Positions 28,929 to 37,978 of a stretch of DNA of 64,000 nucleotides are shown piece by piece. The notes beneath the pieces were generated by a model. That model searched no databases and had not been told where the DNA came from. It saw only the letters and a program-made list of their open reading frames with translations. The stretch covers positions 2,560 through 66,559 of the forward strand of contig CAZQBL010000016.1 in the NCBI GenBank assembly GCA_964592105.1, written 5' to 3'. This stretch comes from an uncultured Gammaproteobacteria bacterium (GTDB lineage: Bacteria; Patescibacteriota; Patescibacteriia; UBA10025; JAHIVO01). Numbering within the stretch: the first letter of the stretch is position 1; every line of letters starts with the position of its first letter. Made by a program: the position numbers and the translations under genes.

Positions 28929-29774
28929 ATGGCCATAGATTCCGCCGACAAACCCCAGTGGCTGAAGGACATGAATAAAAGGACTTCGGATTATGAGCGT
29001 GACATGAAAAGGCATTTGAATGAGGTCGAGAGGAAATCCAAAAAACCGGTGGATAATGCTTTGGAGCACGACAGGACTTTTCATGAAACTAAGCAGGAGC
29101 ATGACCGCCAATTCATGAAGCAAAAAATCGCTGAATACAGCCCGGAAGCCATGAGTAGCCGCGAGACCCAGATGAGAAGAGAGTATCTCCGGGCAAAACA
29201 GCAGGAGTACCTTAATATTCCTTCCCCCGGCCAAACAGAAGAGAGTGAGGAAGAAGAAGGGGCCAAGGAAAGTGGTGGAGAAACAGCGCTGGAGGAACAA
29301 CAGGGCGGCATCAAAGGCGCCTTGGCTCGCCAGAAACAGAAAGACAGTATGGCCTTGGAACAGGCCAACAAAGCCAAAGCTGCTCTGGCGGCCGGTGAAA
29401 TCGGAGAGTTGGATGCCACGGTGGTTATTAAATATAAGCTTTTATGGAGCTATGTACATGAGTTTTTTGAGGATTTAGCGCTTTCGTTTTTTGATATAAT
29501 GCTGTTTACCGGACCTTTGTGCGTGGCTTTCTTTCTGTTCAGGATATTGGGCATGTTGAGCATCGGCAGAATGTTTACAATAAATTTCAAAGACGTGAAA
29601 GTTCCTCTGGTGCCGACGTTTAGTATGGCCGAGGTGCCATTACGGGTGGGAAAAACACTGCTTATTGCCGTTATCAGCGGAACCATCTGGTTATTAATAA
29701 TATTTGCCGCCTGGGTCGTGACGCATCAATTGGAGTTTACTTGGGAGTCGATTAAGGCCTTTCTCGGAATTTAA
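28929..29774 (+). CDS. hypothetical protein with charged coiled-coil N-terminus and two C-terminal TM helices
   Basis: ORF-track protein with hydrophobic segments FTGPLCVAFFLFRILGML and LLIAVISGTIWLLIIFAAWVV. Confidence 0.4.
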   Translation: MAIDSADKPQWLKDMNKRTSDYERDMKRHLNEVERKSKKPVDNALEHDRTFHETKQEHDRQFMKQKIAEYSPEAMSSRETQMRREYLRAKQQEYLNIPSPGQTEESEEEEGAKESGGETALEEQQGGIKGALARQKQKDSMALEQANKAKAALAAGEIGELDATVVIKYKLLWSYVHEFFEDLALSFFDIMLFTGPLCVAFFLFRILGMLSIGRMFTINFKDVKVPLVPTFSMAEVPLRVGKTLLIAVISGTIWLLIIFAAWVVTHQLEFTWESIKAFLGI

Positions 29775-29829
29775 AAAAATTTATAAGCAATTTATTCATC
29801 CTGAAGTAAATTTTATATAATAATAATCT

Positions 29830-31032
29830 ATGACAACGCGCCGAATTTTTCTTCTGGCCATGGTAACTTATTTTATCCTTATCACCATCCTGTTTTTAGT
29901 TATGCCCCAGCTGGTGCGCGCGGCCGATACTTCAGTAGATAACAGTTGCAAAATAGGCAGCTCCAAAGAGGAAAAAGAGGCGGCCATCCGAGTAGCCATT
30001 CCTTTGCCGGGAGTAACCCAAAAAGTAACAATTTCAAATACGGAGTCATATAATGCCGTTAAAAATTTGTCCTGCTATTTGTCCGGCTTTTACCGTTATT
30101 TTGCCGGGGTGGCCGGTATTTTGGCCACGGTGATGATTATGTACGGGGGAATTCAGTACGTGATTTCTTTCGGCAATTCGGGCCGCTTGCAAGCGGCCAA
30201 AGACACTATTTTTTCGGCTATGGTCGGACTGGTTATTACCCTGGGTTCATATATTATTCTTTTTACAATCAATCCTAATTTAGTAACCCTAAAATTGCCG
30301 GAAGTTGGTAAGATTTATACTATTAACATAGATACCGATTGGTGTTTGTCTTCGGCTGGAGATATGCCTGTAGTCCCGGGCAGCACAGGCTGCGGCGATA
30401 AGGGCTTGCATACTGAAAATGGAACCCAGACAGAATGCATTTGGCAGGGTGATTGCGGGCAGAGTGGTCAAATTTGTTTCTATGGGCTTGGAGGTTATAA
30501 ATGTCGGGACCCCAAGGATACGTGTAAAAGTAGCTATAGCGATTTATGCCAGCAGGTCAGTCGCGCGATATATGCCGCCGGACTTACTTCTGGGGCCTGT
30601 GCGTCCAAGCCGCCCGACAGCCAGGAATGCGCCTGGGAAGAGCAGCTGCGTTGCCCGGACAACTGGGTCAGGGTAGACTGCACTTTTCACGGCATCGGTG
30701 ATCTCATTTCGACTCCCTGCACTGAAGTATTGGATAGTGTAAAATATTATTCTCTTGGTGGAGGCATGTTTCCCACGTTTTGTTTTGATTTCAGTGAGCG
30801 CCCGGTGGCTGCAGCCAACATTGAGTCAATCTGTTGCGCAGAACAGAGAGACATAGACTGCCGCTGGCCAAAAGGTAGGGGGCCGCTATTTGGGAACGAG
30901 ATCAATAGCAACGAAGTCCAGGTTGACTGCGCCCAATATCCCCCCCAACAATATCCGAACGCCTGTACTCAAGACGAGATTAGGCAGGGGATGATCTGCG
31001 CTATGCAGCTCGAACAACGTAATCGTAATTAA
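29830..31032 (+). CDS. pilin-like (VirB2/TrbC-like two-helix module) membrane protein with large cysteine-rich extracellular domain
   Basis: A signal/TM segment is followed by GVAGILATVMIMYGGIQYVISFGNSGRLQAAKDTIFSAMVGLVITLGSYIILFTINPNLV. This module is paralogous to the one in the gene at 32305. The ~250 C-terminal aa contain about 20 Cys. Confidence 0.5.
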   Translation: MTTRRIFLLAMVTYFILITILFLVMPQLVRAADTSVDNSCKIGSSKEEKEAAIRVAIPLPGVTQKVTISNTESYNAVKNLSCYLSGFYRYFAGVAGILATVMIMYGGIQYVISFGNSGRLQAAKDTIFSAMVGLVITLGSYIILFTINPNLVTLKLPEVGKIYTINIDTDWCLSSAGDMPVVPGSTGCGDKGLHTENGTQTECIWQGDCGQSGQICFYGLGGYKCRDPKDTCKSSYSDLCQQVSRAIYAAGLTSGACASKPPDSQECAWEEQLRCPDNWVRVDCTFHGIGDLISTPCTEVLDSVKYYSLGGGMFPTFCFDFSERPVAAANIESICCAEQRDIDCRWPKGRGPLFGNEINSNEVQVDCAQYPPQQYPNACTQDEIRQGMICAMQLEQRNRN

Positions 31033-31041
31033 TAATTTTTT

Positions 31042-32304
31042 ATGAATAAAAAAGCTCTCTATATAATACTTTTCGTCATAGCCACTTTGGCTTTCGCCGT
31101 ACTGATTTATCTCGTTTTTATAAAAGATTTGGTCGAGACGGCCACGAATGATAACGCTAATACCAACACGGCCCAAAATACCAACGGCGGTGGCTTACCG
31201 ATAATCAACGGCACAACAAGCGCCAATATAAATGCCGTATCTTTAAATACCAATAAGGTTATCACCAATACTATGGCCAGCAATGTTAACGGCCAGATGA
31301 TTTCCAATATTGCCAGCGGCGGACCTACTTCAGTCAAGCCGGTTGTTGACGCCCCGGTCGCTTCCGTCAAGCTCTCCACGGACGGTAATTTGAATTACTA
31401 TGATAAAAACCAGGGTAAATTTTATCGCGTAGACAAAAACGGTCAGGCCGTTGAATTGACCGATCAGCTTTTTCCCGAGGCCAAGGAAATTGCCTGGTCG
31501 CCGGCCGGTGATAAGGTGGTGGTCACCTTCCCTGATTTAAGAAAAATAATGTATGATTTCAACACCAAAAAACAGGCGACTTTGCCCAAAGAATGGGTAG
31601 ATGTTGAATTTTCACAATCGGGTGACAAGCTTGGGTTTAAAAATATGGCTGCTAATGAGGATGATCGCTGGCTGCAAATATCCAATCCTGACGGCACTGA
31701 GGTCCAATCCATTGAGCCTATCGGCGATAAAGGCGGTGATGTGGCGATCAACTGGTCGCCCAATAATCAGGTAGTGGCTACCTTTCGGCAGAGCGTTAAT
31801 GCTGACCAACAGGAAGTGCTGTTGATAGGGCTGCATGGGGAAAATTTTAAATCATTGCTGACCGAGGGTCGTGGTTTTGAAGCTCAGTGGTCCCCCAGCG
31901 GCGAACAGATGATTTACAGTGTTTACAACGAATCGACCGCCTATAATCCTAATCTTTATATTGTAGACGCGCAGGGAGACGAGATAGGCGCCAATAGAAT
32001 TAATTTAGGACTTCAAACTTGGCCGGATAAATGTACTTTTTCTAAGAGTAGCCCGACTTTATATTGCGCCGTACCCAGCAATCTGCCCGATGGTTCTGGT
32101 TTATCCCGAAGTTTGGCTGCCGGTACGACCGATACTATTTATGCTATCAACACTAACACCGGAGCCAAAAGCCCGGTGGCCTTACCGGTTTCAAGTAGTT
32201 TAAAGAAATACTCAATCAGTTCACTATTTTTATCAGAGGACGACAGTCTTTTGTATTTTCAGGACGCGACAACCGGGAAGGTTTATAAAATGCAGTTAAA
32301 GTAA
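31042..32304 (+). CDS. membrane-anchored PD40/TolB-like beta-propeller protein
   Basis: An N-terminal TM and an Asn/Thr-rich linker are followed by repeated WSP..D motifs: IAWSPAGDKVVVTF, INWSPNNQVVATF and AQWSPSGEQMIYSV. Confidence 0.55.
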   Translation: MNKKALYIILFVIATLAFAVLIYLVFIKDLVETATNDNANTNTAQNTNGGGLPIINGTTSANINAVSLNTNKVITNTMASNVNGQMISNIASGGPTSVKPVVDAPVASVKLSTDGNLNYYDKNQGKFYRVDKNGQAVELTDQLFPEAKEIAWSPAGDKVVVTFPDLRKIMYDFNTKKQATLPKEWVDVEFSQSGDKLGFKNMAANEDDRWLQISNPDGTEVQSIEPIGDKGGDVAINWSPNNQVVATFRQSVNADQQEVLLIGLHGENFKSLLTEGRGFEAQWSPSGEQMIYSVYNESTAYNPNLYIVDAQGDEIGANRINLGLQTWPDKCTFSKSSPTLYCAVPSNLPDGSGLSRSLAAGTTDTIYAINTNTGAKSPVALPVSSSLKKYSISSLFLSEDDSLLYFQDATTGKVYKMQLK

Positions 32305-33654
32305 ATGTTTGTTTTTAGGCCCACTGAAAAAATTTTGTGGTTGGGATTATGGCTAGCATTAATTTTTGCATTAATTCCGTTACATCAGGCCCTGGCCGAT
32401 TGCTGTTATGGCGGGGCTGGCCTTTGCGGTCTGCCGGATCCAGTGGAGCGCAGTTGTACAAATGGCTGGTCTTATTTGCCCGGTGACTGTCCGCAGGACT
32501 GCAACCAGCCGGCGCCCGGCGCGCTCATTCAATGCTGTATTTGTCAGCCCTCAACGCCTGGTGAGATCGTAGTTTGTGGCAAACCGGTGACCGACGCTGA
32601 ATTTCCCTGCGGCGCTTCATTGGATTGCCGGCAGAGCCAGTTTTCATGCCAAGATCTAAATAATAATCCACAATGCGCAGAGTGGCTGAAAATAAGCGGT
32701 GAAACCGAGAAGTCTGAGTCACTGTTTTTTGAATTAAATTTTTCTATACCGGGCTCTGAGATATTTAACGCTGGCAAGTCCATAAAGATAACTGGCGCTA
32801 CTTTAGGAGAATATATTGTGGCGCTTTATGTTTTTTTGGTTGGCGTCGGCGGTATCTTGGCTACGATCATGATGATGTGGGGAGGTTTACGGTACGTGGT
32901 TTCCGGAGGCAGTCCCCAGCGGATTTCAGAGGCCAAAGACCAGATCACTGCCGCACTCTCTGGCTTTATAATCTTATTGGCTTCTTATTTGTTGTTATTA
33001 ACGATCAATCCCAACTTGGTGAAGTTCGAGGGATTGTCCGGCGTCAGACCGGTCGAGCAAATTCTCCAAAGCCTGGAGAGCAAGTCAAGCTCGGCTAAAG
33101 GCATGCCGCCGGTTAAGTGGGAAGGAGACAACGTTTCCTGTTTTGATAAGGAAATAACTGATATTGCCGCTCAAAAAGGCGTTGACCGGAACTGGCTAAA
33201 GGCCATAATGCTGGTTGAATCGTCTGGCCATGAAAAAATAGTTTCTTCAGCCGGGGCATGCGGCCTGATGCAGCTTTTGCCGCAAACCGCTAATAAATCC
33301 TGTACGGAATTGAAAGACCCCATTACCAATATTACGGCCGGGGCCGATTATTTTCTCTTCCTTAAGCAGAATGCCTGCCCCAGAGAAAATGCCAAGCATC
33401 CATGTAATTGGGGGCCGGTTTGTGATATTACGAATATGGATTTTGTGCTCGCCGCTTATAACGGCGGGCCGGGAGCTAACTGGTGCAGCGTGACCTGTAA
33501 ACAAGAAACCTGGTGGCAGTGTATCGGAAATCCTGGGTATGCAGAAACCAGAAACTATGTTATTAAGGTAAAACAAGCTTATGATAAAGTCAGCAGTGGT
33601 CTCGTTCCGTTTGTGTGGCAGCCAGATGAAACTTGTACTGGTATTGATGGATAA
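32305..33654 (+). CDS. cysteine-rich protein with pilin-like two-helix membrane module fused to a VirB1-type soluble lytic transglycosylase (SLT) domain
   Basis: SLT motifs LVESSGHEKIVSSAGACGLMQL, ITAGADYF and AAYNGGPGA. Upstream module GVGGILATIMMMWGGLRYVVSGGSPQRISEAKDQITAALSGFIILLASYLLLLTINPNLV. An N-terminal signal peptide plus a Cys-rich domain. Confidence 0.7.
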   Translation: MFVFRPTEKILWLGLWLALIFALIPLHQALADCCYGGAGLCGLPDPVERSCTNGWSYLPGDCPQDCNQPAPGALIQCCICQPSTPGEIVVCGKPVTDAEFPCGASLDCRQSQFSCQDLNNNPQCAEWLKISGETEKSESLFFELNFSIPGSEIFNAGKSIKITGATLGEYIVALYVFLVGVGGILATIMMMWGGLRYVVSGGSPQRISEAKDQITAALSGFIILLASYLLLLTINPNLVKFEGLSGVRPVEQILQSLESKSSSAKGMPPVKWEGDNVSCFDKEITDIAAQKGVDRNWLKAIMLVESSGHEKIVSSAGACGLMQLLPQTANKSCTELKDPITNITAGADYFLFLKQNACPRENAKHPCNWGPVCDITNMDFVLAAYNGGPGANWCSVTCKQETWWQCIGNPGYAETRNYVIKVKQAYDKVSSGLVPFVWQPDETCTGIDG

Positions 33655-33660
33655 TTATTT

Positions 33661-34998
33661 ATGCCCAAAGTAAAAACCATTTTTGTTTGCAGTAAATGCG
33701 ACGCTCAGTTTCCTAAGTGGCTCGGTCGTTGTTCCGAGTGCGGTGCTTGGAGCAGCTTGAAACAGGAGGTGGCCATGAAAAAAGGTCCGGCGGTACCGGT
33801 CGGTCAGCTGGAAACGCTCTCTGAGGTCGAGAACTCAACTACTGATCGTTTGAAAAGCGGTATTTATGAATTTGACAGGGTGGTAGGCGGCGGCATAGTG
33901 CCTGGCAGCTTGGTTTTGCTGGGCGGCGATCCGGGCATCGGGAAATCAACCCTGATTCTGCAGGTAGCCGGTAAGCTAGCTGAAAGCGGACAGGAAGTTT
34001 TGTATATTTCCGGAGAAGAATCGTCTTCCCAGGTTAAAATACGGTTTTCACGTCTGGGGCTTTCTACTTCGAATTTGAAATTTCTTGGAACAACTGACAT
34101 TGATACGGTGGTGGCCACAGTTAATCAGTTCCGTCCGTCTCTGGTTATTTTGGATTCCATTCAGACGATGTCTGATCAGTCGATAGCCTCGGCCGCCGGT
34201 AGCGTAGCTCAGGTACGAGCCGCGACTAGCAAACTAACTACCGTAGGTAAAGGGAATATGATTCCCATAATCATCATCGGTCATGTGACAAAAAAGGGAA
34301 ATGTAGCCGGTCCACGCACTTTAGAACATCTGGTGGATGTGGTTTTATACTTGGAAGGTGACCGTAGTCATATTTTTCGGGTTTTACGCGGCGTTAAAAA
34401 CCGTTTCGGTTCGACTTCCGAGGTCGGAGTTTTCGATATGCAGAAAGGCGGCTTGAAAGAAGTGGCTAATCCTTCGCAGATATTTTTATCCGAACGAAAA
34501 AGTCAGAACCCCGGTTCGGTAGTGGCCGCTATTATCGAAGGTTCCCGAGCTTTTTTGGTGGAAGTTCAAGCCCTAGTTTCTCGTTCGAATTTCGGCTATC
34601 CCCAACGGCGTGTTTCCGGATTTGATTTTAATCGCTTGCAATTGTTAGTGGCCGTTCTGATGAAGAAAGCCCATTTGTTTTTGAGCAATCAGGATATTCA
34701 CGTCAACGTGGCCGGCGGGTTTAAAGTAACCGAGCCGGCCATTGATTTGGCGGTGTGTCTGGCTATTGCTTCGGCCCATAAAAATAAAATTATTCCGCCG
34801 GAGGTAGCAGTTTTTGGTGAGGTGGGTTTGGGCGGCGAAATCAGGGCGGTGGCCCAAAGCGACCAGCGTTTGGAAGAAATAAAAAAAATGGGATTTAAAG
34901 AAGTGATTATGCCAACAACCCGGCTTATTGACGAACCAAAAGGCTTGCAGTTGGTATTTGGCCATTCCGTTGATGAAGTTGTAAGTAATTATCTATAA
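33661..34998 (+). CDS. radA: DNA repair protein RadA/Sms
   Basis: N-terminal C4 zinc finger CSKCDAQFPKWLGRCSECGAW, Walker A GGDPGIGKSTL, the KNRFG motif and a Lon-protease-like C-terminal domain. Confidence 0.95.
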   Translation: MPKVKTIFVCSKCDAQFPKWLGRCSECGAWSSLKQEVAMKKGPAVPVGQLETLSEVENSTTDRLKSGIYEFDRVVGGGIVPGSLVLLGGDPGIGKSTLILQVAGKLAESGQEVLYISGEESSSQVKIRFSRLGLSTSNLKFLGTTDIDTVVATVNQFRPSLVILDSIQTMSDQSIASAAGSVAQVRAATSKLTTVGKGNMIPIIIIGHVTKKGNVAGPRTLEHLVDVVLYLEGDRSHIFRVLRGVKNRFGSTSEVGVFDMQKGGLKEVANPSQIFLSERKSQNPGSVVAAIIEGSRAFLVEVQALVSRSNFGYPQRRVSGFDFNRLQLLVAVLMKKAHLFLSNQDIHVNVAGGFKVTEPAIDLAVCLAIASAHKNKIIPPEVAVFGEVGLGGEIRAVAQSDQRLEEIKKMGFKEVIMPTTRLIDEPKGLQLVFGHSVDEVVSNYL

Positions 34999-35104
34999 TT
35001 AATTTAGAGGAGTATATTTATTGGATATAAAAGAGGCGATTCGCATGTGGCGAACCGCCTTGTTTGTAACCGTGTTTATTATCTCCTTTTTATTTTTAGA
35101 AGAT

Positions 35105-35455
35105 TTACTTAGCCTCCGTTTCATGCTTGGTCTGGCAAGTGAAGCATCTTTTGGCCGTAGGGTGCACTTCAAGCCGCGATTTGGGTATTTTGCGCTGACA
35201 ATCAATACAGATGCCGTAAAGGCCCTGGTTGATTCTGTTGATGGTGTGCTGAATGGCGGATATTTTTTTTTCAAGTGTATTGAGTAGCGCTAGTTGGTCG
35301 ATAGAATTATCGGTTACATCGGCCATATGTTGACCCCGAGTTGTCGGCTGGGTCCTGTTAATGGCTTCAAGCGTCATACTTCTTTGTTGCCTGGTTTGTT
35401 CGAGTTCTGCTTGTAGTTTAGCCAAGTTGTCAACGGAAGGTTGTTTTTTCTCCAT
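35105..35455 (-). CDS. DksA/TraR-family C4 zinc-finger protein
   Basis: A coiled-coil N-terminus and the C-terminal CIDCQRKIPKSRLEVHPTAKRCFTCQ four-Cys finger typical of DksA/TraR. Confidence 0.65.
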   Translation of the reverse strand: MEKKQPSVDNLAKLQAELEQTRQQRSMTLEAINRTQPTTRGQHMADVTDNSIDQLALLNTLEKKISAIQHTINRINQGLYGICIDCQRKIPKSRLEVHPTAKRCFTCQTKHETEAK

Positions 35456-35674
35456 AACTCCCCTCTCTTAGGATGGATACAGGATGTCTGTTTTTCGAGG
35501 TTTAATAAACTGGTTCATTTTAAAGATTTTAAAGATCAGTAGTTTGTCGTTCTCTCCTTTCTTATTTTTTTAGGTAAAATAGAGTTTTTCTTTTAGGTTT
35601 TTGTTTTTTTGTACATATAATAAATATGTCATACTATTAAGTATGACTCTGCTTATTAAGCTTTGTCAAGTGAG

Positions 35675-37756
35675 TTATTCAGGGTGGATATCCCGGTCCA
35701 GTTCGGCTAATTTTTCTCTGATTTGTGGGTAGTTTTCCAGTTGGGGGTCAGTCGCGAATAAAGCCGCGGCCGCTTCTTTTGATTGCTGGATTAACAAGCG
35801 ATCCGTTAGTTTGGCGATCTTGAGATCGGGAAATCCTGATTGTCGTAGTCCAAAAATTTCTCCGGGGCCCCTGAAGGCCAGGTCTTTTTCCGCTAATTCA
35901 AAACCATTTTTTGCAGCGATAAGGGCCTCCAGCCGTTTTAAGGTTTTGTCATTGTTTGAATCGGTAAAGATAAAACAGTATGATTGGTGTTCGGCCCGAC
36001 CGACTCTGCCCCGGAACTGGTGCAATTGCGCCAAACCAAAACGTTCGGCGCCTTCAATCATCATGACCGAAGCATTGGGCACGTCGATGCCGACCTCCAC
36101 TACCGCGGTAGTCACCAATATGTTTACTTTGTTTTGGGAAAATTCCTCCATAACCTTGGCTTTAACCGCCGCTTTGAGCCGTCCGTGCAGCAGTCCGACA
36201 GTGTACTCCGGGAAGACGATTTCTTGTAATTTTTTATATTCGAGAGTCGCGGCCTTGACCCCTAATTTATCAGATTCGTCTATCAGTGGACAAATGACAA
36301 AAACCTGACGTTGATTTTTTATTTCCTGGCGGATGAAATCATAAGCTAGTTGTCTTTTTTCCGGAGGCACGATTTTGGTGATAATTTTTTTTCTATCTTT
36401 GGGCATCTCGGTTATGAGCGACAAATCTAGGTTGCCATAAAGAGTCAGAGCCAGCGATCTTGGAATTGGCGTAGCGGTCATGGAGAGAAGGTGAGGCACG
36501 TTTCTCGTGGCGAGTGGCCCGTTGTCTGATTTTAGTTTTAAAGTTTTTCGCTGGTCCACACCAAAACGATGCTGTTCGTCGATTATTACCAGTCCCAGCT
36601 TGTAGAAATTTACCTTGGTTTGGATGATGGCGTGAGTGCCGATGATAATATTGATTTTCCCCGAGGAAATTTTTTTCAGAATTTCTTTTTGGGAAACCGC
36701 TTGACCGTTCAGTTTTTTCTCGGACCCGGTCAATAGGGCAATGCTAATTTTGTAATTTTTTAATAATTTGCTGATAGTTTGAAAATGCTGGACGGCCAGC
36801 ACTTCGGTCGGTGCCATTAGGGCGGCTTGGTAGCCGTTGGTCTGGGTATTGAGCATGGCCAGAGCGGCGACTACGGTTTTGCCCGAACCTACATCGCCCT
36901 CCAAAAGGCGATTCATTGGCTTTGTCTGATTCAGGTCGCGTAAAATTTCCCAAGCTGCTTTTTTTTGACTGGCGGTCAGCTGCCAAGGCAGGCCGGCTAC
37001 AAATTTTCTGGTTAGAACTTCATTAAAGAATATTTGTGGCGCCTTTTCCAGCTTAAGTTTTTGGCGTAAGGATTGAGTTTTGCACTGGATAAGGAAAAGC
37101 TCATTGAATTTGAGCCGGCGCCTGGCCTGAATAAGGGCGTTTTTATTGATCGGAAAGTGAACTTCTTTGAGCGCCTGTTGGATGCCTATCAACTCGTATT
37201 TTTTAAGAATTTTTTCCGGGACCCACTCTATAATGTTTTGACAAAGCGGCAAAACCATTTTTATGAGATAGCGAATTTGTTTTTCGGTTAAATTTTCGGT
37301 GAGAGAATAAACAGGGACAATTCGGGCGGTATGAGTTTGTTCTTTTTTTATTTTTTCGTAGGTAGGATTCATGAGTTGCAGGCCATAGGAACTGTACTCG
37401 GCTTTGCCGGAAAAATAGGCTTCATCACCGGCCTTCAGAAGTCTGGTGATAAATGGCTGGTTGAACCAAATGGCTTTGATTGTGCCCGAAGAGTCTGATA
37501 TTAAGCATTCCGTCATGTACATTCGGCGTTTGAAGGAGCGCTTATTGGCGATAATGCTGATTCTGCCGCGAATGGTAACGCTGGCGTCCTTTTTAATCGT
37601 ACTGATCGGCACGATGGCGCTGTAGTCATCATAGCGGAACGGAAAGTAGAAAAGTAAGTCATTGACGTTTTTCAATCCTAAACGAAGTAGGCGTTTGGTC
37701 AGGACGGGACCAACGCGCGGTAATTTTTCAATTTCCGTTTGGAGCGTTATCTGCAT
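35675..37756 (-). CDS. recG: ATP-dependent DNA helicase RecG
   Basis: Helicase motifs GDVGSGKTVVA, IIDEQHRFG and a TATPIPRS-type block. Wedge-domain N-terminus. 693 aa. Confidence 0.9.
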   Translation of the reverse strand: MQITLQTEIEKLPRVGPVLTKRLLRLGLKNVNDLLFYFPFRYDDYSAIVPISTIKKDASVTIRGRISIIANKRSFKRRMYMTECLISDSSGTIKAIWFNQPFITRLLKAGDEAYFSGKAEYSSYGLQLMNPTYEKIKKEQTHTARIVPVYSLTENLTEKQIRYLIKMVLPLCQNIIEWVPEKILKKYELIGIQQALKEVHFPINKNALIQARRRLKFNELFLIQCKTQSLRQKLKLEKAPQIFFNEVLTRKFVAGLPWQLTASQKKAAWEILRDLNQTKPMNRLLEGDVGSGKTVVAALAMLNTQTNGYQAALMAPTEVLAVQHFQTISKLLKNYKISIALLTGSEKKLNGQAVSQKEILKKISSGKINIIIGTHAIIQTKVNFYKLGLVIIDEQHRFGVDQRKTLKLKSDNGPLATRNVPHLLSMTATPIPRSLALTLYGNLDLSLITEMPKDRKKIITKIVPPEKRQLAYDFIRQEIKNQRQVFVICPLIDESDKLGVKAATLEYKKLQEIVFPEYTVGLLHGRLKAAVKAKVMEEFSQNKVNILVTTAVVEVGIDVPNASVMMIEGAERFGLAQLHQFRGRVGRAEHQSYCFIFTDSNNDKTLKRLEALIAAKNGFELAEKDLAFRGPGEIFGLRQSGFPDLKIAKLTDRLLIQQSKEAAAALFATDPQLENYPQIREKLAELDRDIHPE

Positions 37757-37869
37757 ACACTCATTTTATCAAAGACACACACAAAAAAACAGAGTTTGTT
37801 GCTCCGTTCTTTGGTGCCGGCGAGCTGTCCACGAAATGGTTTCTGAAAAACCGAAAAGTATGGTTCTAG

Positions 37870-37941
37870 TGCCCTCGAGAGGAATTGAACCTCTATTACA
37901 AGATCCGCAATCTTGTGTCCTATCCGTTGAACGACGAGGGC
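37870..37941 (-). tRNA. tRNA-Arg, anticodon read as GCG
   Basis: Manual fold of the reverse complement: acceptor GCCCTCG/CGAGGGC, D arm GTTC-AACGGATA-GGAC, anticodon stem CAAGA/TCTTG with loop TTGCGGA, T arm AGAGG-TTCAATT-CCTCT. 72 nt. CCA is not encoded. Confidence 0.7.
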
Positions 37942-37978
37942 AGAGGATTAGGAAAATTTTTATATATTATAACTGAAG

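Noticed and set aside
35021-35287. 88-aa + strand ORF.
   Set aside because: It overlaps the minus-strand DksA/TraR-like gene, which has a clear C4 zinc finger. The + strand product has no features.
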